Part shown: in pieces, positions 11,629 to 23,091 of the stretch
How positions within the stretch are numbered: position 1 is the stretch's first letter
Layout: each line of letters begins with the position of its first letter
Assembly: GCA_004431415.1 (NCBI GenBank)
Contig: QPMI01000090.1
Location: 62,001 to 126,000, forward strand
Origin: Cyanophora paradoxa CCMP329
Lineage: Eukaryota; Plantae; Glaucophyta
Direction of reading: 5' to 3'
DNA length: 64,000 nt
Notes under the pieces: generated by a model
The model's input: the letters and a program-made list of their open reading frames with translations, nothing else
What the model was told of the DNA's origin: nothing
Databases searched by the model: none
Program-made: the position numbers and the translations under genes

Positions 11629-13921
11629 ATGGGGAACAAGCTGGGGTTTTATGTAAGACCTCCAGCGCCCACGGCTGAGGCCGCGGCTCCGCAGCTAAGC
11701 ATGACTTTAACGCAGGGAACGGCGCACGATCCGGCGAAGCTCTCCGATATCTCCAACTCGCACGGTGCATAGCTGTTCAGCATCTGAGCTGGCGCCGCTG
11801 ACCGGAGGCCTGTCGCAGTCTCTGCGGTTTTTCAGCTCCGCGATGAGGTCTACTTCGCGCACAAGCCAAAGAGCCAGCACCCGCCGCAACCGGTCGAGCC
11901 CGGCCAGAAGGCCCCGCCACGGGAGCGCCCGCGGGACCCGCGACGCCCGTCCACCGCGCCCGGTGCATGGGCCTGGGCGCCGCTCGCGCTTGCCTTGCCC
12001 CCCTCACGCTCGGCCGCCTCAGGGTTCAACTTCGAGATGAAGCCTCGGGTGCGCGGGACGGCGGCTGGTGGCGGGGCGCGCTGACGGGGGCGGGGGGCAG
12101 CCGGCGTACGAGGGCCCGCACCCGCAGGCGGTGTACAAGCCGGGGACGGAGCCGCGGGAGCTGCGGGAGACGGTCCCCCACGACGAGGAGGTCCCCCGCG
12201 ACGACAGCGCGCCCCGCCCCCCGCCCCGCCCCGCCCCGCCCCGCCCCCCGCCGACCGCGGGGCGCGGGGCGGGTGCAGGCAAGTTCGACATCCCGACGTC
12301 GAACACGGGCGTGATGGACGTGAAGGCCCGCACCTACGCGCGCTGCGGCCGCTCCGACGGCCGCCTCTACTTCATGACCGTGCCCCCGCCCCGCCCCCGC
12401 CCCGCCCCCGCCCCGCCCCCTGTCGGCCCCCGGTCCGCCCACGCTCGCCCCGCAGGCCCGCAAATACGTGCCCCCCGAGCAGCGCGCGGTGCGGGGCGCC
12501 GCACTTTCGGCCGGGGCGGGCGGGGCCGAGGGGCGGGGGCGGGGGCGCAGGAGAAGGCGGGGACGCCGCAGCCGGAGGGGCGGGGGAGCCCGAGGCGGGG
12601 CCGGGGCACGCGGAGGCGGAGGCCGGCGTCCTGCACGCCATCGACGGCCTCCTCGCCGACATCGAGGCCCGCGCCCGCGCCCCCGCCCCGCCCCCGCCCC
12701 CCACGCAGCTGACCCCCCGCGCAGGCGGCGACGGGGGAGATGGGGACGTGCTCCCCAGCCCCTCGTCTCCGAGCTCGGCCTCCAGGTGCCCCCGCCGCCC
12801 CGCCCCCGGCGCGGCGCCGCGCTCGAGCGGGGCGGGCGGGGCGGGGCAGCGGGAGGAGCTGCTGGTGCTGCGGGAGAGCGCCCTCTCCCGGACGCCCCCA
12901 CCTCCGACTCCGCATCCACCTCCGACACCCGCCCCGCCAGGCCCGCCGCCCCCCCGGCCTCCGCCCCGGGCCCGGCCCGACGGACGCGGCGCAGCGCGGC
13001 GGACCGCACGCGGCGGCGCATCGGCCTCGTCTCCGAGCGCGTCCGCCAGACCCTCAAGGCGCGCCCCGCCCCCTGCGCCCCGCCCGCCGACCCGGGCGCC
13101 GCTGAGGGCGCCTCCCGGGCGGCAGCTGGCGAAGAAGCTCGAGTCGCGGCGCATCTCCTCGGGCGAGTTCTCCCGCCCCGCCTCCGCCCGCTCCGGCGCC
13201 TCGGGCCCCGCCTCGGGCTCCCTCGGGCCCCCGCCCCCCGAGGAGGCCGCCCTCGGCGAGCCAAGCGAGGGCGGCCCCGGGGCCGGCCCCGGCGCCGACG
13301 CCGAGTCCTACTACGGCGCCGAGCCCGACAGCGCCCGCCAGGTGCGGTGCCCCCCGAGCGAGGCGGAAGCCTGTGCCGCGCTGAGGGCGGCGGTGCGCAG
13401 GGCTCGTCGAAGGCGTCGCTGGCGAACGTGACGGTGCGGCTGCGGGCGTCGGCGGGGCTCTCCCTGCCGCCCATCGACGAGAGCGCGGAGGCGGAGAGCC
13501 GGCGGCGGCACAGCCGGAGCTCGGCGGGGGAGCACCCGCCCCCCGTGGCCGAGTCGCCCGTGCCCCGCGAGGGCCAGACGCCCCTCCCCGAAGAGGCGGG
13601 GCAGGCCTCCGCCCCGCCTCCTCCGCCCGCGGCGCCACCCCGGAGGGCGAGGCCGCGCACCCCGCGCGGGGCTCGTCGGCTCTGCGCAGGGCCACGGCCG
13701 AGGCCGCGGCGGACGAGGCGGTGGCAGAGGCGGCGGCGAACTCCGAGCAGCCGCAGGCGGCAGCGGCGGCGGCGGCGGAGGATGAGCCGCCCGCGGCAGC
13801 CGATCCACCGGCGGCGGCCGGGCAGCAGCCTTCTGGAGAAGCGGAGGCGGGCGCCGGCGCTGATCATGAGAATGGGGAGGAGGGGGGGGCAGACCCCGCT
13901 CCTAAGGCCGAGGCGGTGTAG
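11629..13921 (+). CDS. Hypothetical multi-exon protein with an acidic Ala/Pro-rich C-terminus
   Basis: Coding-like exons (MGNKLGF; PAYEGPHPQAVYKPG; KFDIPTSNTGVMDVKARTYARCG; QLAKKLESRR) are separated by typical introns. No family recognised. Confidence 0.55.
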
Positions 13922-14405
13922 TGCTGTGCTGCCGGGCTCTGAAATTCGTCGATGCCGCGATAACTCAAATTTAAATTTCCGAAACAGACCGCGGGCCTGA
14001 AGAGGGGTACAGGGCCCGCCGGGCCGCGGCCGGGTACCGGGTCCGGATCCATCAGGGGGAAGCTCACTGAGTCATGATCAGGCACGTAGTCCAGCTTTTG
14101 TGCGAACTGTTGATCACAACAAGCTCGCGATCGATGTCGACGTCGACCTGAAATCAATAAATTCGAGTTGCAATTGAAACTTTGAAATCAATATGCATAA
14201 GCGGCATATGCATATAGAACTCGAGCTCGTATGGGCCGTTCTATCTATCTTCATCTATCTTAACTGCTCGCTCGGGGATCGTACGGATCCGGAGAGGGGG
14301 GCGGGGCGAGGAAGGGGCGGTGAAAAAGGAAGTGGGCATGCGAAAGGCCGGGCATGCGCAGGGTTTCACTCCAATTCAATCGCTCAAGGGGAAGGTACTC
14401 TCCAA

Positions 14406-16595
14406 TCACCCCGCGCCCCGCGCAGCTCGCCTCCGCCGCGGCGCCGGCTCAGGCGCCGTCTCCGGGGGCCTGCTCGGTGGCCGAGGCGGTCCCGCCGTCG
14501 GGCAGGTCGACGAGGAAGACTGCACCGCCGGCGCGCTGCGCGCCCTCCGACGAGGAGCAGGCGGGGCAGACCCCCGAGTCGCGGTCGGCCCGCGGGGGCT
14601 CGTGGGGGCCCGGCAGGCCCCGCCACTCGGCGACGGGCCACTCGCGAGCGCAGAGGACGCAGAGGCCGACCTCGGCGCAGGGCAGGCCGCCGTGCTCGTC
14701 GCCAGCGGCCCGGACGGCAGCGCGGAGGAGGCGGAGGAGGCGGGGGGCGTCGGGGGCGGGTCCCCAGAGGGAGACAGCGAGGGAGCAGCCGCCGGCCTCG
14801 GAGGCGGCGAGGAGGGCGAGGGCGGAGCGGTGGGAGGCGAGGGCGCCGCCGGCCCAGAGGCAGGGGGCCCCCTCGTCGCTGGGGGAGACCGGGCCCGAGG
14901 CGGCGAGGGCGACGCGGGGAGGAGCGAGGGGGGGCGAAGGGCAGGCGGAGGAGGCGGCGGGCGGCGGGCGGGGCGGCGCGGGCGGCGTCGAGGCGGGCGA
15001 CGAGGGGGTGCCCGGCCAGCGGGGCGGGGGGGAGGAGGGGGGGCACCACGCTCCAGCGCACCCCGGCGGGCACGCAGGCGCCGAGCAGCTGCGGCCGGTC
15101 GACCGGCTTCAAGAACGGCGGAGGGCTGCGGGGCGCGCACGTGGGCGAGGGCGGGGAGGTTGGCGCCGAAGGGGTGCGGGCAGAGCGCCTCCAGCGCCGC
15201 GTGGTGCAGCCACCTGCGGCCTCTCAGAGGGGTATCGGGGAGGAAGGGAGGGAGGGAGGAGGGCGTACCCCCGGCAGGCGGCGGTCTCGGCGCGGCGGAC
15301 CTCTGCAGAGACGTCGGCGAGCCAGCCGGGGTGCGGGCACACCAGGCCGCGCTGCGCGGGGGTCAGGGGCGGGAGGGGTAGGGGGTCAACGAAGGGGGTA
15401 CGGGCCTCGCGGAGGTGAAGGAGGGCGCCCCAGCGGTGGAGGGCGGCGAGGGCGGCGGGGAGCTCCACGGCCGCCGGCGACCGCCAGCCGCGGGCCGCCC
15501 ACGCCCCGAAGTCGCCCAGCGACATCGGCTGCGACGAAGGTTTTAGAGGGGTACGGCTTTTCGGAAAGCGGGAGGGGGTACCCCGGGGTGGGCGACGCGG
15601 AGGGAGGCGGCGCGGCGGGCGAGGCGGGTCCAGGAGGGGGGTACCCCCTCGGAGGCCGAGGGCAGGCGCGCCGCCGTCGCCACCGCCTGCGCACGAAACG
15701 ACGGTGAGGGGGTATGCCGTCTGCAGGAAGGGGGTACGCCGTCTGCAGGAAGGGGGTACGCGCCTGGAGGGCGAGGGCCTCGAGCCCGCGACCCGAGGCC
15801 GAGTCGCAGATGACGGCGGTAGCCCCCCCGAGGGAGGCGGCGAGCCCCTCTTCGTCGGGGTTACGCGCGTCGGGCTCGTCGGCGTGTGTACACGCTACCA
15901 GAACCTCAGCGCCAGGGGCCCACACCTGCCGCCTCGTCACGGGGGGAGAAGGGAGGGAGGGGTACAGCCGGGGCTCGCCTGGACGGCGTGGATCCAGGCG
16001 GAGAGGCCGGCGCCGGCGGGCGGGTCGGCCTTCGCGCGCAGGTCCCAGCAGAGCAGCACGGCGCAGTCCGGGCCGGCGTAGAGCGGGGGCAGGTCGGGCA
16101 CCGCGCTCGGCTCCCTGCGGGGGCGTTCAGAGAGGGGAGGGGCGGGGCGGGGGGCGGCGCGCCCTTGGAAGTCCCACACGGAGACTACGAGGCCGCCTGG
16201 GGCCTTCCAGCGGCGCACGGCAATGCCGCGTACGCCGGCTGCCGGCGCGCATCCGTTCAGCGAACAGAAGTCACTGAGCTTCAAGTGCAGGCTCTGAGAG
16301 CGGAGGCCGCACCGGCGTCGCCATCGCCGGAGAGGTACGCGGCCAGAGTCGACTTCCCCGAGGCTGGGGGCCCCACGACGAGCAGTTTGGCCTGCCGCGC
16401 CGGCACTCTGCCTTTCCCCGGCGGCTGCACTTGGCCAGCGGTCTGCGGCGGGAGTTCTAAGCGGCGCACGGCCGCGGTTGAAGCTGGCTTCGTACGAACC
16501 GGAGAGGCTGTCGTCTGTGCCGGCAGCTGGCCGCCCGCAGCCGCAGGAGCAGCCGCGGACTGGTATCGCACTCTCCGGAACAGCCTGTTGAGCAT
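14406..16595 (-). CDS. Roc-like (ROCO-type) P-loop GTPase with a possible partial COR region
   Basis: LLVVGPPASGKST (G1), VSVWDFQG (G3), AVLLCWDL, VLVACTHAD (G4), DSASGRGL (G5) and downstream LHRWGALLHL. Boundaries are tentative. Confidence 0.65.
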
Positions 16596-17642
16596 GCTCG
16601 GCCGCGCGACGGCCGGCTGAGGCACCGCGCCGATGTTCTCGACTCTCCGCATCTCCTCCAGCGCGCGGCCGCGCGGATCTCCGGCAGCGGCCGGAGCGGC
16701 GAGAGCCAGGCCGGCCGCGGGTGCGGCGGCGCGGGTCGGCTGCTTCTACGTGTTCGAGCGAACAGCGGAGACGAAGGAGAGCCTCGCCCCCATGCCGTGC
16801 TGCGCGTGCCGGCTGCCTGCTCCTCCAAAACAGTGCGAGCGCTCGGAGCGTCGAGGGTGCTGGCGCCTCATGCGTCCCGGAGGCGGCGCTGAGACGCGCA
16901 GCCCACTGAGCCCAACGCGCGGTGCAGGTTTGAACTTCGCCGCCGGCGCTTGCATTCATCAATTGAAGTCGCCGCAATTGTTGGCAATTTGTTGCTGGGC
17001 AATGCCGGCTTCAGGGGTAGAGGAGCATTCAGCTTGGGTGGGCGCCGGCGCCGCGGCGAGCTTCGAATTCGCCGACGTCGACGGCAACGTATGTATGTGC
17101 ACGTGCAGCTGCACAATTCGAATTTTCGCATGTACGTATGCATGTGCAGCTGCGCATGCATATGTGCACGCCGTGACGTGCGCCTTGCAATTGGGCGGCG
17201 ATCGATCGCGATATCGCGAGGAAAACAACCGTATACGTACGCGTTGCAATTGAGCAACTCTACAACCGGTACCGTTGATCATGAACTCTTCTGCGATTTC
17301 GAAGTCGCCGCAGCTGCAGGTCGACGTCCTGCGCATGCCGGGGGGCGCCGCATGCGCATGCATATGCGCAGTGCCGCAGCCGCAGATCTAGAGCTCGAGC
17401 CCACGTATATACGTACGCGCCGCGCATATGCATGCGCAGATCTAGATGTAGAGCTCGAGGCTGTATCGGCTGTATCTGCGTACGTATACGCATGCGCGCA
17501 GCTGCATGCATGCGCAGCAGCTAGCACCACTACAGCAGGCCCCTAGCCAATTAAATATTGCAAGCTCCCGCGGCCGGAGTCCGCCCCAGCGATACGCTGA
17601 GTGACTCGCGATTGTCTGAATGCATGTGCCGCAGTGCGGCGC

Positions 17643-17942
17643 TGTCGCGTGCGGGATTAGTGGTAAAGCACGCGGGGAGGCTCCCGGTCGAGCGTGGCTC
17701 GACGGGGCTCAGTGGATCACGAGGGATCGCTGTCGCTTCTGTAGTATTGCAAGTAACACTGTATCCCTAATGAATGAGGTGTACCCGGACAGGCCCGGCG
17801 TACCCGTATTAGCTATAATAAGAGCTGGCCGAGGCGTACTGACGCCGACGTCGGCCCTAGCAGCACGTAGGCTGCACTAGCAACTAGCAGCACGAAGGCT
17901 GCGCTATCTAGCTCCGCATGCACGATAATCATGCATGCGACA
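17643..17942 (-). repeat. 3' LTR (300 bp)
   Basis: Direct repeat of 22792-23091 with 3 visible mismatches; TG...CA termini. Confidence 0.95.
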
Positions 17943-17954
17943 ACTCCTCCACTC
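17943..17954 (-). other. Polypurine tract (GAGTGGAGGAGT on the minus strand)
   Basis: Purine-rich and immediately 5' of the 3' LTR in element orientation. Confidence 0.75.
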
Positions 17955-20637
17955 GGAAGGCCACGTCCTCGTGGGCTAAGTACCACGGAAATCACTACAA
18001 GCAAGCATATTTACAAGATTTCGCGGCAGGACACTGCCGGGAATAAAAGACTGGAAGCCGTATTTACAGATCCGCGAATTTCGCGCACGCCGGCGGCTCG
18101 ACTGCCGGGAATTGAAAATAGACAAGTGGCCGGCTACTGCCGGGAATTGAAGAAGACCGCTGGTCGGTAGCTATAGGGCTATTCACATCGCTAAATCATC
18201 GAATCTCTAAATCAAAGCCAAGATCTAGATCTGATTATATAAATCATTTACCAAATTCTAAATGTAAAACTGAGTCAAGGGGGCGGCAATGGGCCGCAAA
18301 TAATCGTCCGTCTCCGGCCCAGCGGGCCAAGGTCAAGCTTCGAGCCGGCGGCTCAAGGGGATGAGGAATTGGTATGTACATTGGATGTCTTTCCACAGCG
18401 GGCTCTCGCCCAGATGCCATGCAAGCACCGCGAGAGCACGCCGCAGATGCGAACGCGAAAGAGCAGCGCGAGGCGACGTGGCGCGCAGGCAGCGCACGGC
18501 CCCCTCCGGTGTGCCCCCCAACCGCGACGCGGTCGAGTGACCCAAGTGCGAGCTGCGCTGAGCTCCACCCAGGCGAGCACCCCTTAGGCTCTCGCAGTGG
18601 TGAAGTACAGGTAATCGGATCGGCGGGGATTCAACCGTGCCGACGAGGATAGAGCCGGCTCTAGGACCGGGTACCGCTCACAAGAGTGCATTCCGGGTTG
18701 GCCGCACGCGGCGCCGGGCACCCCTGCCCGACCCCGTGACTTCGGTCGATACCAAGGGAGAAGAGCCAGCTTCAGGCGTCCCCGACGTGGATTCTCATGC
18801 ATGAGAGTCGTTGAGCTCTCGTCGTCGCGCACGGACCTTGAGCCGGTCGACCGCCCATTCGCTGGGACTTCGATTCAGGATAGGGCCCAGGGGTCGTTTA
18901 GCCCCGTCGCGCCGTTCTCGTCAGGAACGCGCCAAGATCGGGGTCGTCGAGCCCCGTCCGACGGTCGCTCACTATGGGCGGAGGGCAAGTCTGCCCGTCG
19001 CGTCGCTCGACGTCGAGTCGAAGCGCGCCGCCTGGATGCCAACTGAACGGGCGTCCCCAGGACTTCATTCGCTCACGATGGGCGGGGCGATAATGCCCGT
19101 CACACGCTCGGCTCAGGGCCGCAGCGCGCCGCCTGGATGCCAACTCGGCGGGCGTTACCAGGACTCAGTGACTTGAATTCAATTGCAATGAATTCATAAA
19201 CGCCAAGCTCGCAATGGAGCCGTCGCTGCGCCAGGCTCGGGGCCAGTGCCAGCGGCCTGACCGTCTCGCGGAGCGCGCCGCGGGCCAGGACTTTGCTTCG
19301 GGCTCGAGCTTTCGAGGGCACCATGGCCTCAGGCTCGCCCTTCTTTGGAGCTCGGAGGCTCACAAATTTTGCAGGGGCTCGAGAGGCCGCCTGTCAAGCT
19401 CACGACGCGCGGCCAAGCGCTGGGCCAGGCGTCTCGCGATCGCCTCGGGCGTCGCGATCGAGCTTTCTTGAGAGTGCATCCCGAGCTCGGGCCCGCGGAT
19501 CACGTCTCGTATCGCGAGGGCATCTGGGCCGCTCGCCTGGAGCGCTTCAGCTCCAGCGCGCGATGGGGCCAAGGGCCGCATCTTTCAGCGCACTCGTCGT
19601 CATGATCAGCTCCCTAGCGCAGGCTGAGAGCCTCGCTGGGGCTCGACGGAGCAGCGTGCAGCGGGCACGGGCCTTGGGCCGCGGCCTCTTGCTTTCAGCA
19701 CGTGCGAAGGCAGCTTCCTGCCGCAGACTCTCGGGCCTTGCGGAATCCGGAGCTCCTTGCGATTTCAATTCAATGATTTGCATGAGACGGGGCCATGAGG
19801 CTCCTCGCCCATCGTCAGCTCTCTTGTGCGGGCCGCGACTTGCGAGCCTCGTTGGAGCTTTTATTGCAGCGTGAGGCGGGCTGCAGGCCCAGCCCCCCTC
19901 AGCTCACGTTTGAGCTCGAGCTTGGCTCGCCGAAGCTCGCAATCGATATCGGCAGCGCTAGCCTGGCATGGGGGCCGTCGGCCTCGCATTCACGCTTGGC
20001 TGCAGCTCGCCCGACTGGGCCCGGGGTGTGCAAGAACGCCCGCCCGCTACGGCTCGGAGGCCGATCACGGCGTTCATCAGGGGGTCCGCTAGAGGGACTC
20101 CTCCTCTCGGAAGACTGACACCCGCGGCAGCAGCCGAGCCGCCCGGTGGGGTGTGTACCGGCGTGCCTCATGATCAGGGCGTCGGGCCGCCTCTTCAGCG
20201 AGCTCTAGGGCTCGCTTCGCGACTCGGCGAGAGAGGATGGACTCCTCCTCTCGGAAGACTTGTGCCCTCCCAGAGGGGTACGCGATGCTCGGTTTCGCGC
20301 TGAGGGCGAACCGGATGCCAATATTTACAAATATTTACAAATTTACAAGGGGCTCATCATGATCACGTGCTCACACACAGCTGGCTGCGCGAGATGTGCA
20401 CCAGGGCCCACTCACAATATTAATCGCGAGAGGAAGGAAGGACTCCTCCTCTCGGAAAGCGCTGTACCCGTCGCTAGGGTACGGCCGGCCCAGGTCAGGC
20501 CTCGGGAGGCGCGAGCTCAATTGCAAGCTTAAGGCTCGTCAGCTCACTCCTCTTCTCGGAAAACGTCGTCCCCGACGTCAAGAGTTTATGTACAAATGTA
20601 CAAATGTACAGCCCGCTCATGGCAGGTATACTGGCCG

Positions 20638-22311
20638 CTATATTACAGCGACACGCCGGCACTTTCGCAGAAGGCCGGGGCTGGCAAAGAATTGCGCGGT
20701 GCTTCGCGAAAATTTTGCAGGGCCTTGCTCTGGCGGCTGCCCAGGCCGGCCAGGCCCAACGAGAATTTTACTCGGCCTCGGGGGCAGGCGCCGGCAGGGC
20801 CAGAGGGGCCTTGCCCTTGGCACGAGTCGGCGGTCGGGGCAGGCACTGTGGTGGTGCCCAGCTTCGCCGCAGCGACCGCAGACCTCGTTTGCCACTTCAT
20901 CCTCATACTCGTCGTTGTATGAGTCGTCGTACGATTCGTCGTACGCATCAGCTGGGCACCCGCCCGTCATTCCGCACCCAAGGGTGGCGGGGGCGTGGGG
21001 GGGGCGCTTCGGGCAAAGGAAAGCCCAGTGAAGGCGCTTCGAGGCTGGAACACTGGGGTCGCCAGCACAGTTCCAGCACTCAGCCGGAGGGTACTGAGGG
21101 TACCCGAGCTCAGCCATGCGCTGCATCACAGCAGCCAGGGCATCTGGCGAGCTAGACTGCACGGCCCAAGAGGACCCATGTGCAGAAACGAGGGACCGGG
21201 CCTCGCGCTCAGCTGCAGGAGGGGGGTCACGCCCAGCCTCAGCAGGAGCCGCGGCTGCAGCTGCAGGCTTCACAGCCTTAATTGGCGTGGCATCCGTGTC
21301 GCCGGCATACGGCGGAGCCTTGAAGCCGGCCGGCCCCTTGGAGCGCTTTGCCGAGGGCTCAGTCTCCTGGGACGGCTCCTGCAGCAGGCGCACGGTCCGG
21401 CGACCGTGGCGGTCGCACTGCTCCTCGAAAATCCGCTCAGCACGCAGGGGAGTGAGCTCAGCCCCAAAACGCGCGAACTCGCCGCGAAGTTCCTGCAGAA
21501 TGTACGTCATCGTATTCTCATTCTGGCGAGCGCCGATCGAAGCGCGAACTTCGTAGTTGTCATACTGCGGGTCGAGCCCGGTCTGACGGCGCGAGAGAGC
21601 GTTCCCAATCACAGTGATCAAGTGCTCAGCGTATGATTTGCCCGCGGGGCGCGTGTGGCGCACGTGCGGGGCGATCCAGTTCACCCACGTCAGCGGGTCT
21701 TCGCCCGTGTACGCAGCGGTGATCGCGGCCTCAGCGACGTGGGGCAGGCCCTTCGTCACGCGCGCAATGATGTACTTCGCAACGCCCGGAGCGCGCTGGA
21801 AGCTATTGCGGCCCTCAGCGATCTCGGCCTCGAGACGCGTGATTGCATTCTCGAGTTGCAGGATCTCGGCCTCGGTCTCAGGGAGCCGGGCCTCGATAGG
21901 CAAGGCAGTCAGCACGGCCAGCCGCGCGCGCTTGCTGGCAAGGTATTCTTTAGTCTCTTCCAGCTGGTCACGCATGCGCTGCATCTGGGAGCGCAGCGAG
22001 CCCTTGCAGAGCTGCGAGACCATGAAGCCGCCAAGAGCTTCAACCTTGGTCCAGTTGTCTCCCTCGGGCTCATACGCATACTTATGCGCCTGAGTGGAGA
22101 CGAAAGTGCTAATCTGCTGGCGCCACTCATCGACTTCGTCGATGGTAGGGTTCGCAGACAGCGGAGTGATGGAGGGCAAGCCCTTCGCATCAACTGCGGG
22201 CGCCGCAGCAGTCATCTGCTGAACGGACACGCCACTCACAGGCGCGGTCGAGTTGAGTGCGATCATGCGATCACGCTCACTCGCCGGCAGCTCAACTGGA
22301 AGCCGCGACAT
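20638..22311 (-). CDS. gag: Gag-like protein, 557 aa, intronless, with zinc knuckles
   Basis: First ORF after the 5' LTR. Helical/coiled-coil body, a canonical CX2CX4HX4C (CGRCGEAGHHHSAC) and an expanded CX2CX12HX4C (CWNC...HWAFLC). Confidence 0.82.
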   Translation of the reverse strand: MSRLPVELPASERDRMIALNSTAPVSGVSVQQMTAAAPAVDAKGLPSITPLSANPTIDEVDEWRQQISTFVSTQAHKYAYEPEGDNWTKVEALGGFMVSQLCKGSLRSQMQRMRDQLEETKEYLASKRARLAVLTALPIEARLPETEAEILQLENAITRLEAEIAEGRNSFQRAPGVAKYIIARVTKGLPHVAEAAITAAYTGEDPLTWVNWIAPHVRHTRPAGKSYAEHLITVIGNALSRRQTGLDPQYDNYEVRASIGARQNENTMTYILQELRGEFARFGAELTPLRAERIFEEQCDRHGRRTVRLLQEPSQETEPSAKRSKGPAGFKAPPYAGDTDATPIKAVKPAAAAAAPAEAGRDPPPAAEREARSLVSAHGSSWAVQSSSPDALAAVMQRMAELGYPQYPPAECWNCAGDPSVPASKRLHWAFLCPKRPPHAPATLGCGMTGGCPADAYDESYDDSYNDEYEDEVANEVCGRCGEAGHHHSACPDRRLVPRARPLWPCRRLPPRPSKILVGPGRPGQPPEQGPAKFSRSTAQFFASPGLLRKCRRVAVI

Positions 22312-22773
22312 GGCAGGCTCTCACAGTGGCAAGTACAAGGCAGATCAAATTTGAGCTCGAAGCTCTTTGAGGCCGAGTCGCCGCGTAAAACGCGGGATTT
22401 CGACGGCACAGACGACGATATGTTGCTAGCGCAACACACCGGAGCACAATCCAGGCTCGCAGGCCAGGGATCGGCGATGGCACAAAGTTGCCCTCGAGGG
22501 GAACTTCGGCGGCTCGACGCGCACGAGGGCGGTCGGCTCTAGCGCGGCGCGCGGCCGGCTCTTCAGCACGCAGGGCAAGAGTTCCGGTAAAGAACTCAAG
22601 CCAGCCAGTCTCCGGGGTCACCGGAGCGCAGGCTCTCACTTTTCGGCACCCGGGGTAACCGGTTGCGTACTGTGAGCAGACGGCTGGGAATGTCACTACG
22701 ATGCTACGGTGCGCGTGCGCGGCGCGCGCGAAGGCGGGATCGCGAGCGACCCGACCTGACCCTTAAAGATTCA

Positions 22774-22791
22774 GCTCCGAGCAGTGGCGCC
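22774..22791 (-). other. Primer-binding-site-like sequence (GGCGCCACTGCTCGGAGC on the minus strand)
   Basis: Directly follows the 5' LTR and resembles TGGCGCC-type PBSs. The cognate tRNA was not verified. Confidence 0.5.
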
Positions 22792-23091
22792 TGTCGCGTG
22801 CGGGATTAGTAGTGAGGCACGCGGGGAGGCTCCCGGTCGAGCGTGGCTCGACGGGGCTCAGTGGATCACGAGGGATCGCTGTCGCTTCTGTAGTATTGCA
22901 AGTAACACTGTATCCCTAATGAATGAGGTGTACCCGGACAGGCCCGGCGTACCCGTATTAGCTATAATAAGAGCTGGCCGAGGCGTACTGACGCCGACGT
23001 CGGCCCTAGCAGCACGTAGGCTGCACTAGCAACTAGCAGCACGAAGGCTGCGCTATCTAGCTCCGCATGCACGATAATCATGCATGCGACA
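22792..23091 (-). repeat. 5' LTR (300 bp)
   Basis: Direct repeat of 17643-17942. Confidence 0.95.

Larger units (their letters stand above)
17643..23091 (-). mobile_element. LTR retrotransposon, apparently non-autonomous (gag only), 5449 bp
   Basis: Two 300-bp LTRs with TGTCGC...GCGACA ends. 5-bp target duplication GGCGC at 17638-17642 and 23092-23096. Purine tract beside the left LTR and PBS-like sequence beside the right LTR on the minus strand. Single gag ORF. Confidence 0.93.

Noticed and set aside
8141-15707. Multiple 400-630 aa Pro/Arg/Gly/Ala ORFs on both strands
   Set aside because: Read-through of GC-rich exons and introns. The real genes are spliced and change frame.
17955-20637. 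Possible pol or env ORF in the LTR element
   Set aside because: Only short ORFs and no PR, RT, RH or IN motifs. A coiled-coil-like stretch near 19350-19790 may be a decayed ORF but cannot be supported.
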